Origin: a virus
Lineage: Duplodnaviria; Caudoviricetes
Virus record (IMG/VR): IMGVR_UViG_3300028844_006787
DNA length: 64,000 bases
Reading direction: 5' to 3' (one strand)
Shown here: positions 37,801-49,800 of the stretch, in pieces
Layout of the letters: every line of letters starts with the position of its first letter
How positions within the stretch are numbered: position 1 is the first letter of the stretch
Notes under the pieces: model-generated
Databases searched by the model: none
Told to the model about the DNA's origin: nothing
Seen by the model: only the letters and a program-made list of their open reading frames with translations
Translations under genes and position numbers: made by a program

Positions 37801-40800
37801 GAATTTTCCTTGAATTTTAAATTTTAATCCAATTATGTCATTTGCTTGCATTGTAATATTATTGTTCAATTCTACAACCTGATTATCATCGTTAATATAA
37901 ATCTCATTTAATGTAGTATTTTCGTTTAATCTAATTAAATCCGTTGGAATCCAATTATCCGTGTATGTTGCATATTCATCTTTATATAATCCCGATGCTT
38001 CCAAAGATTCTTCTGTGGTAATAGGTGCTACAACATCCCACAATCCTGAATTTGCACCAGTACCTGAATCACTTATTTTTATTTTAATTCGTCCGCCTGT
38101 GCCGGCCATCGGACCCCATTTGTATTCAGTATATGCGGAGTCTCTTTGATTTAGATATTCATCAACTACATAACCTGTACCACTGGGTGGGTTAGGTTTT
38201 TTAAATCCATGTCCCCTTTCAGGTGGCCAAAGAGTAGTTTCACACCCCCCATTCAAAAATACATATAATTCGGTTTCTGTGTCAGTTTTGTTTACTCCGT
38301 ATATAACTCCGTATTTTTTGCTAGTATCATGTGAACTAACATCTTGCTTTGAATTTGTTTGAAATTCATGTTCTATATAAAATTTTTGTTTTATTACTTC
38401 AGTAAAATCACCACTATTTACAAGAGTTGATTTAAGATACTTAGATATATCCCCCATCCCCGATGATTTTTGACGAGCACCAATTGCATTCTTTATCTGA
38501 TTATTCCGTGTTGTGTGGGGTGTATTTATGGCAGATTTATATCCGTTGAATAAATTTTTATGATCTATCATATTATCTAAAACACCATTTGTTCTTTCAC
38601 TATAATAAATTGGTGAAGCAATCATTGGATCATCTTCATTTACCCACACACCAGACCCGGTAGTCACTTGCTCGTGTGATCCCACGTGTTCAGGTAACTC
38701 AAATGTATAATCATCATTAAATCTAATAAAATCACCAATTTTGTATTCATATGAATTATCAGTATTAGTTTTATTATATAATTCCAATTCAAATAAACCA
38801 GGATGATGAGTAATATATGCATTTATTCGTTTTGATATTTCATCTTTGCTAACAAATGCAAACGCATACTCGTTATATTTTGCACTTAATAAACCTGTGT
38901 ATTTAGGTATTGTCTTGGGTTCTGTGTAATCATCCTCATCATGTGAACTTAATTGATTAAAATACTTATTTCCAGAACCAACTACAATTCTTGATTGTGC
39001 TTCGGTTGTATTACCGAAATTATCAGTTGATTCAACAAATAAAGTATACACTCCCTGATTTGCAAATTTTCTGGTGATCCTCTGTTTACCGAAGTTATTG
39101 CTCAAACGAGTTATCCATGCGAAGTTGTCAGCATCTCTACCAATTGGTACTATTTTGTATCTATTAGTAATTTGTAGAGGGGTTTTGTTATAGAATGGAT
39201 GCATAATAAAATCTATGTTTACTTTCATTAAATCTTTATCATTAGCATATATTTCATCTTTTAAATTAATTTTAGTTTTAACGTCACCAAACATTAACGA
39301 CTCAGAATATACAGGTTGTGTTATATAACCATCTGAACGAGTTGCTACAATTTCAAGTTCTGTTATGTATCCCCAATGATATTTTGAACTTAAATTTTCT
39401 TTATGCGTTGCAATATTTCTTGGTGTTATTTCATAATTACCTTGAAATAAACGAGTATTTTGGTCTGTTACAATATAAGAATTAATATAATCCGATGGAA
39501 TTTTAAATTCCGTTTCATCACCATCAATTGTATATTCTTTGATTCCAATAAACTTTTTTTCATATTTTGACAATTGTGAAAAATTTGCCTTCTTCAGACT
39601 AGTATCTACTTCTAAACCAGTGGAGCACCAGTAGTCTTCCCAACATTCATCGGTGTAACCGGGATGCTCTTTCATCCATTTATCCTGTTCTGTTGGTTGA
39701 TGTTTACCCCAATATAAGTTATCCCATTTCCCGAGGTTTCCATCAAGAACATTTGCGAACTCATGTGTAATTTTATAGGTTCTTAACTTTATAGTATAAG
39801 ATTGAGCAGCTGCTAAAGCATTCCATGTAAAAGAAAATTCAGCATCAGTTTCAGTGGTGTCAAGTTGATACGGGTCTACACAAGTCCAATTTGGTTTTTC
39901 ATTAGTATTTATCTTAACATAATTCTCTTGACGATAAAGACCTTTCCAATAACTTACAAACAATTTCCATCCATTTTCATAAAATGATTCATTGGCATAT
40001 GTTTGTGTATTATAAAATGCTTCTGTGGCAGATAAATTTATTTTTGAGGTGTATTTTTGTTTTAGATTATTTATTTCAAAACCTTGAGTTTCTACATCGC
40101 AATCAATTGTAATAACAGGTGAAGTTCTACTATAATTATGTATTCCATTATCAAGCAAATAACTTGTAACTTGTATATTGATGAGTCCAAGTTTCAATGA
40201 AAAGTGGTCTTTTAAGTCTATTTCACGTATATTATCAGTAGTCGCATCGTATTCAAAAGTTTTTTCTCCGAGTTTCTCGGTTGTTATATCTTCACCTTCT
40301 CCTGATACATCAAAAAGTTCGACTAAGTTACGATTAGTTTTATTACGATCACTTAGAGAATCAATGCTCCAAGATAATGTTTGATTATCACTATCATATG
40401 TCAATTGCGTAGGTAATATTCCTCTTACACTTTCTTTTGGATATGATGATGCAAGTTCATATGTAAATGATGCAGTAGGACTTTCAGTATAAACATCTAT
40501 TTCAAGGGTGTAATTATGTGCTACGAATGATGTATTAGAAGCATAAGTATCAATATATTCAAATACATCATAATAGTGTGTTTCAGGGGGTGCATCATCA
40601 CTATTATAATGTTGCAACTCCTCAAGTATATGCTCTTCCTCATGTACTACTTCCACACTCTGAGTATTACTACTTAGTGATCTTGATAATCTGAGTTTAT
40701 ATTTTTTGAAAATGGAATGATCTGTCATATCCAATGAGTATGCCCACTTCAATTCTACTTTATTATCCTTAATTTCTATTTGATAGTCCGAAGAATTATC

Positions 40801-43800
40801 AGTATGTTCTACCAACTCCACCGTATTTGAATCTAAATTAATTGTAAATGTACGAGTACCTAGTTTACCCCCAAAGTGGTAGATGTCAATATACACTTCA
40901 ATTGTTGTAACACTTGCATTTATGACTTCTCTAATAAAATTACTAGGTAGAACATATTCATAGTTTAGTAGATCTTGAGCATAGTTGGTTTGTGTATTTA
41001 AACTAGTTGTATAATACGAATTAACTCCCAACGAACCTTGATATTTCTTGGTAATACTTGGTGTTGATAATCCAATTTCAAGTTCATCTTCTTCAAATCT
41101 AACTTTATATGAAAACGGATATAATAAAGAATCAGAACGTGAATCAATACTTGGTTCTAAGTCAGTCCAATCAATTTTTATATCAGAACCCATGAATAAA
41201 TTCACAGAATCACCATCTGCTACGACATCATCATTAACTGTTATCTGAATATCATTTGCCGTGTTAGATGTGTTTTTTAACACCAAACGAGTTACATCGT
41301 AATCTACTACCAACTTATTATTAAATGCTTCATTATATAATTCATTATAATTAGAAACTTGTTGTTTAGTTGACTGATCATAAAAATATGTATTGCTAAG
41401 ATCACCAATTGGATAATCATAAGTTTCTCCGGATGAATTTGCTACTTTTACATGAATTTCGTAAATTCCAGCATCTAAATTACAATTTGGAATTTCTACA
41501 TCAACAAATCTAATTTTATTGGTAAGAGAATATTTGTAATTTTTTTCAGAATCGTAATCGGTTGTAGATACATAATTTAATCCATCGGTGCGTTCACGTC
41601 CATTAAAGTACATAATTCCATCGGTTATATATTCCGAAGCATTATCTCCTGTGGTAAATCCATCATTTAAACCATCATCGGTAATATTATTACCAACTGA
41701 TATTTTACCTAAGAACGAACCATGATATTTGTCTTCTTCAACACCACTTGTATTATCCCCATGTACCACTTTAAATAAACTTACCGATACAATTGAATCA
41801 CTTTCTGTTGTCTGATTTGAAGGTAACCATTCGTCTGCGATCGCCAATGTAACTTTAAAACTTTTTACTTGTTTATCTTTAGCATTAGAAACCGTTGCGT
41901 AATAAATGGGTTTGTGAAAATACCAAGGATGTGGATTTGTTGCATCTGTTGGATGATTTGCAATTATACTACCATTATGCTTTCTTATACTAACTTGGTT
42001 GGAAATTTCGGTATCACTTGTATCTAGTACTTTTAAATTAAAAGGCAAACATGACCTATTATGAGGTATTGCTTGTTCGTTCGTTTTTACCATGAAATAC
42101 ACATAATCTGAGTTTAGTGTGTTGTCGTTTTCATCTATTGCAACAACCCCAACTCCTATTTTGTAGTAACCCATAGGCACTTTGTAGTGCATGGTAAAAT
42201 TATTATCTGTAAAAAGTTGCGACTCAAATACTAGTTCTTCATCGAGGTAAACTTCTTCAGGTTTATATAATACTACACGATAATAAATTGTTTTGTAGTC
42301 ATTAGCAATATTATCAGCAAGTTTATTCCATGTTATATCCAATAGATTACTCGGTGATACATACCAAGTTTCACCGTATGCAGTTATTTCCTCAGGAGAA
42401 TCCGTTCCGAAATATTTTATTCCATCAACAATCAGATTATTTACACCAACTACCTGAATATCATAAGTTACTTGTCCACTTTCATTGCCCACCACATCTT
42501 TTGCAGACAAATATAGTGTATGTTTACCTACATCCAAATAATCAGTTGGAGTAAATTCAAGATCCGTTGTTGTTGTAACACTTGCAGTATCACTATTATC
42601 GTTTAAATAATAATTATATTCCGCACCTTCTTCAAGCAAAGTTTGTACAATATCTGTGTTATTTACTTTTTTATTTACAGGATTCCATTGCCAAGTTGGT
42701 GTTTTATTTGCAGTATAATTTATTAAATTACTTTTAAAAACAGGTTCAAATGGAGGCACATTATCATCATAGTTAGTTATTTCTGCTTCAGGTAAAACCA
42801 ATTCCCATTTATCGACACGATCAGTTCGTTTAACTAAAAACTCTTTTTCGGTTGAACCTTCAACTACGACTTTAATTAAAATAAATAAATGACTTAAATC
42901 TGCGTAATCAACTTCGTAGGTTTCTTCATTAATGGAATAAGATACAAAAGAATCGTCAGTTGTATCAAAATTGCTAACTACACGATAAAATTGATTTTTT
43001 GGCAAAATTTGACTATTATCCCTATCTTTAATAGAAACTACTTCAAGTGGTGCTTTGGTTTTAATAAAATTATTGGGTTTTACAGGAATACCAGGAGCAA
43101 ATCCATAAGTTTCAACCGCAGCCAAATCTATATCATCATAATACCAAACTTTTGTTGGAACATTAGGACCTGTATCACGTGTCGAAGTATTTGAATCTTG
43201 CCATTCTATGACTCCACCTAAATTTAATCCAAGATATGCTTCTATTATATTGAAAATAGAATCCTTTGTATACTTATCCGAAGAATACCCTAATTTTCTC
43301 ATCCGTTGTTTCATGTCTTTGACATATCTATCAAAGTTTTCGGTAATTATATCTTCAAATGCGTTTAAAAATGAACTAAATGGTGTTGGTATTTTTTTAT
43401 ATCGTGATATAGAACTATTATATTCATATATAAAAACACCACCAGAAATATTACATCTACTATTTATCCACAACCTTCTTGCTCCAGGTGCATTTATGGT
43501 GATAGTATTACCATTGGTTGATATAGAAACTTCACTACCGAACAAATACGATTTTCTTTTTATTCCATCTAAATCTGTAAACTCAGATATGGGAGAATAT
43601 ATAGTGCGGTCTGCACTTTCCATTGATATTTCATTTTGTGGATTTAAAATCCACATATCACTTTCTGCATCATAATTAAATACTTTTACACAATCCTTGG
43701 TGGTCAATTTGTTTGCCGATACAACTAATATATTTCCATCACCACTTATATCAAAATCTCCATGTTCATTGCAATCGAGATAACTTATACCCTGACCTTT

Positions 43801-46800
43801 TTGTATATATCCGTCACCGGTGTTTACAAAAACTTTTAAATAAGCAATATCTTCACGATTATATCTTTCAATTATTTCATCTGTATGTATTGAGACCGCA
43901 ACTGTATCACCTGTGTAGTTTGAAACTATTTTTCTTGCACATATTTTTGGTGGTGTTTTTTCTTTACTTGGATGTGTGGTATGTGGTTCGAATACTGCAT
44001 TTGCATCATACGAAGAATCTGTTGTGGTAAAAGAACCCCATGTGATGTTTTTGTAAATATCACTTGTTTTATCGTACACTTTCGCAATTGGAGAATATCC
44101 TAAATCTTTTCTATATTTTATCTGCTCATCACTTAAAGTTAAATTGGGAAATTGACCAGAACAAAATTTTATAATTTTTCTATGATTAAGTGAATAATCA
44201 GTATACTCTTTCACCATTATCATTTCTTGATAAGTAAACTTATTCGGTTTGCGTTTGTTTATGATTTTTATTTTACCAACTTCTGCAAAATCAAATTCCC
44301 ACTTAGATGAATAACTTTTATCTCTAAACGATGGAAATCTTTTAAGTTCAGTTGATTGAATGATTTCCTCAAAACTACCTTCTTTTATTAAATACCACTC
44401 GTCCGTGATTTGCGTTTTTGCATATATTTTATAGTATTTTACAACATCATTGCTATACAATACCCACTCTTTTTTCTCAGCATACCCATTTTCGTTTATA
44501 CTACTAAATGTTGAATCAATTCTACGATTTTGTGGAGTGTCACTATTTTTAGCAAAAGAAGGATTTGTTGTGTATATATCATTCATACTTTGCGAATTAG
44601 CACTTCTAATGAAACTTCTTGCACCAAGTATTACTTTTTCTGCATTACCTGAGAAGTTGACTACCACTCCTAGTTTTTCACCACCTATAAGACTCGAATC
44701 ATATGGAATAGTTTTGTGTTTTGGCCACTTATTTTCTTCTGTTTTATTATATATCGCAAATTTACCTTTAGGTGCACGTTCATCTATAAGAGTTATTACA
44801 ACTGGACGTCCTCCTTGTGTAGCTACACAGATAAAATCCTTATAATTTTTAGAAATTGCATATTTAACTGCACTCCTAAATTTATATCCTGCAAATACAG
44901 GAGAACCCTTACTATTTGGTCTTTCATTATTATACCTTGTAATAACTTCAGAATAAGGAAAGGTTCTTGGCATACCAATCGAAAAATTTGGGTTTGTAAC
45001 TTCCGATGTGTGTGAGTTAGTTTTTCCAAAAACTGTCCAAGTTCGTGTTTGCATTATCGTTTTAGGTTCATCTACATACTCTGCCGTTCCATTTGTATAA
45101 TCATCGTCTTTACCAAACACCTTTTCATGTATTTTTCGAAAACTTCCATCTGCACATGATTCACCAACAACAATATCAAACTCCTGCTTATATGTGTGAG
45201 TGGAAACAATATCGGCTGATATACATACATTAAAATCGTCAAGTTTATTCGGTGATTCGAAATCATATTTTAGAACTTCTTGTCCAAATCCGGAGTTACT
45301 ACCTATATTTAGGCTTTGTTCACCTTCTATATATTCTAGATTACCAGAACTTTTTCTATAATCATGTTTTTCAATCTCGAACAAATATTTTCCTGACTTA
45401 TAACTAGATGGATTTTTTGCATATTTTTTTATTCTAGTAGCATCAAGTGGTTGTAACTTCACAACAAACTTGCTACTAGTTTTACCTACTAAAAGTTTAG
45501 TATTTGGGGAAACTTTTGTTGTTCTCTGCCAACTTGAATTTTTAAATGATTCTGGTTTCTTAGATACACCCCACTTTGGATTGCCTATACTACCGTTAAA
45601 TGTTAGCAATCTATAATATCTTCCGTGAGATTTAAAATTTGAATCATTTTCAACATACGACTTAGTTGGTACTTGATATTCACTCACTGGATTATCCATA
45701 GTAACTAGCATTGTTACATCCTGTGGGGCACTTGACGAATCAGTGACACTTGGGTATTTATGTGTTGTGGGTATTTGAATACTTGGTGGGAAATATCCAT
45801 CTCTAATAACCACGAGTTCTTCGTTCAATCCGTCGTCAGTTAATAGATTTCTTGTTGCAGTTTCAATCTCTAGAAGTTGTTCAGATGTATAATAAACATC
45901 AAAATTAAGCATAGCAGGATCACTTTCTACATTAAGTTGATTAATTGCAATTATGCTTATAGTATATGTGTTATCTGCTTCGAGTATTGGTGCTTCAGAC
46001 GCAGTGGCAAAATCATAAGATAATGTACCTGTCGTGTCTGTATTAAAATTGTCTTTCTCTGATTCAAGTGTAAACGATCCAAGAGAAATTCTATAATGAG
46101 TTACTGGTGTTTCTTCATCAGTATCTTCAGTCCAACTTATACTAGGAATTTTCTCAAATGGAATTTTCCCATTACTTAAAGTATCTACATCTCCATTATC
46201 AGAAGCAGTATACTCTTCAATATCTTGTAGATCTAAACCACTTGGTTGGGCAGGTAATTCAAGTTTAACATTTACCATATGAGATACTTCCGCAGTTTTG
46301 ATACCTGCTTCCAACACTCCTACTACTTTAAATGTATGGTGTCCTGACTCGTCTACTTGCAATGTGTAAGTATTAACTGAGTTTTTCTCAAAATAATCAA
46401 GTTCAACATCTTGATAATTAAAACTACCTAACTTTAAATCTTCAGGATCTGCTCTTCGTATTGTTCTTGTAAGTTTTTCACCATCTAAAAATAATTCATA
46501 ATGTTTTAAACGATTTGAATTATTTACTACATAGTTTCCTTCTTTAAAATGCCATTGGAATTCAAAATCCCCTCCAGTTTCAGATGCAAGGGGTTCTAAT
46601 CCTAAACCTTTTCCAAAAACGACACTTGTATTATGATTATCATCTGATTGAATGTTAAGATTATATGTAAATTCCCGTGACTGAGATTCATTTTCATCGG
46701 TAGCACTTACTTTTATTTCATATTCTCCTACAATATTAGATTTATCTTTTAAATACTCTGATATGTTTAGTTTATTTGAAGATACAATAAATGGGTCATC

Positions 46801-49800
46801 GTCATTAAATTGTATTCTATATTTTAAAATCGGATTAAATGCGGAAAAATTATTTATTTCTTTATTTTTAGGTAATCGTTTATATGTTAATTTAACATCA
46901 TCCCACTCTAAATATAAATCAGTTTCCGTGTTTCCAACTTCACTATAATTAAATGCAGAATAATAATTCGCATCTTCTTTTGCCGTGTTTTTTACTTTAT
47001 GAAATTTAATCTCACTTACATCAACATCAATGTTTAAGACTAAAGTTTCATCAGAAATATACGGATTGCTTGAAGAATATCTAAGTTTTATATACATCGG
47101 TGATAAAGAAGGAATAGTATCAATTGTAAAAACTCCGTCCAAACTCGGAGTAATGCTTTTGTATTCTTCATTATTTACAGAAATGCTGAATTCATTAGTA
47201 CGACTTGTGCCAAGAATTCCATAAAGTGGGTCTGACCACCTTACAAAAGGTGCTTTACTAATATCATGTGGATTTGCATATGAACTTTGATTTCCAACCA
47301 CAAACATAAACGAAGACTCACTTAATTGAATTTCGTATTTATCAGACTCATTATTATATTTCACATTATCAACCACCAAATCAGGTAAAGTTCTGAAATC
47401 GTATGCGATAATACCATCACCGTTATCACCTTCCTCTAATTCTGATTCTATTGCACCGTTCTCACCAAGTTTTAAATAAGAATCCAATATATAATAATAT
47501 ATTTCATTCTGTTTTGCCGTATCGTTGTTTAATAAATATATTTCATTTGTAATAGCAGGAATTTCAAATTCATATGTATGCACACCAATCTCATCGGCCG
47601 CATTTATTCCTTGCTCAGAGAAATAATTTAATAACTCAGTTCGTGAAATAATAACCTTCTCCACATCTATATCTAGTTGCATGGTTTCATAGAAAGATTG
47701 ATAGTTCATTACATCCCAACCCTGTGCATCTCCAACTTTTTCTTTTGAGTTTCCTGTGTTAATAGTTCTAATTGAATATTCAATTGAATGGAACTCATCG
47801 TGCAGTGGTGTTTGTATTTCCAAACTTCCAAACACCTGTTTAGTTGGATCATTTTCAGAAAATCTAAGTTTTGGATTTAATTTTGCAGTTCCCAGTGGAT
47901 TTTTTTGATTGATGTTATTCTCCCATATTTTATCTATTTGAGACTTTGCACTAAGTCTTAGTGTCGATTCTGCCATAAAATCATATTTTGCGGTGGTTAA
48001 ATCATCTGCATTTATTTTATGATTTTCTGAATAAGAATCTGTTGCAGAAATTACAAGTTTATAGTAACCTACTATAAGATCTCGGTGCATCCAATTTATC
48101 TTATATGAATATTCAAGTATACTTTGGTCATATGAATTCAGTTCTTGTTTTATATTTGCCGATTCTACTAGTTCGGTGTGCCTTGGAATTTCTTCGTAGG
48201 TCGTACCATCATCGGTTTGTAAATAAAAATCAAATTTCCACTTTTGTATTTTAAGATGTAAATTTGATAGTTCATATACTTTGTGCGACCAATTTATTTC
48301 AACATCGTTTGCAACTTTATTAACTTCAATACCTGGATATATAAACATACCTGTCAAATTAAAATTGAATTGTTTAAAATTACTTGTTTGTGTACCTTCT
48401 GAATCATCTCCTTGGTATCGTGTAATTGGAGAATAATATAATTTAGAATAAACATCCGTTGGAACAAATTTAACGAACTTAGAATAACGGTCTTTAGTTA
48501 CTCGTCTAACATAAGGAACACACTTTAATTTATAGTCGTCTTCCGCATAAATTTCAGCAGGATGCTCTTTGTTTTCACGTATAATTCTTGGTAACTTGAT
48601 TATTTTATTACGAGTTTTGCTTATTATTGGAGTTCCATTTGCCATCGGCAAATCATCAAATGGACTTCCGTATTCTAAGTTTAGATCTTGGTCAGTTTCT
48701 CCAACCCACACATTATTATCATAGTTCTCAAATGAAGCATCTTTGTGTTTAGTAAGAAATACATATTCATAATAAAGAAAATTAGAATCATCGAGTGGAT
48801 CATCAATATGAAATACTGGATCCCAAGGATTTTGGTCACGATTATCTAATGTTATTTTTATTATTTTTTCAGCATGACCATAAACACTCACAATTGCAGA
48901 ATTGTCAATAGTGAAATCTGTATTCTTAATTGATTCTAAATCAAGACTGAGTTGATCAAGTATATGTGTATCTGATTCTGCTGATTTATAGACCTGCACA
49001 CCTAACAATTTTGTAACACGATTATTTACTTCTCCAAGTTTTTTAGCAGAAATTAAAAAATTATTAGAAATAAATTCGTCTGATGATGCCTGTTTGCTTG
49101 AAAAATTAGATACATCGTCCATTCCTGACATAGCAGTCAATGCAACACTTTGCGATGACGAAATAACAGAGTCTATGACATCTTCACTAACAGATGTTTT
49201 GTCTGCAATAGTTTCTATAACCGTACCCAATCCGTCTGTCACCGAATTTGTAATATTTCCATCTTCCTGCAAACTACTAAATGATTCTGTAAATAATGTT
49301 TTAGCATATCCTGATATAAAATCATCGTGTGTAATTTTATTTGATTCATCAACTTCATCATTGAATAAACTTGTAACAACATTTTTTACCAAATTTAATT
49401 TAAGATTTGCTTTGAGTGCCTTTGGATTTTGTGCATGAATATAATCAGAATTTACTTCGTCTTCGGTCAATCCAAATGCGTTTTCAATGATTCGATTTAT
49501 ATTATCGTTATCCTCAGTAACCCAGCCTTTTGTGCTAAGTTTTACTCCACTTACATTTTCTAATAATTTAGATTTTATCGTAGAAATTGGGGATATATTT
49601 ACATTTTCATTTGAAAGTATTGTGGCATCTGGACCAATATCGAGAGTACCGATACTTGTTAATGTTCCTTTATATTCTTCACCTGTTAATATATCAGTTC
49701 CACCTACAAATTCTATTTTATATGTTGTTGGTATTTCTTCTATTCCTAATGTTATGCTCCATCTTCCTGCGTCATCGGTTGTAAATGTAGTAACTTCGTT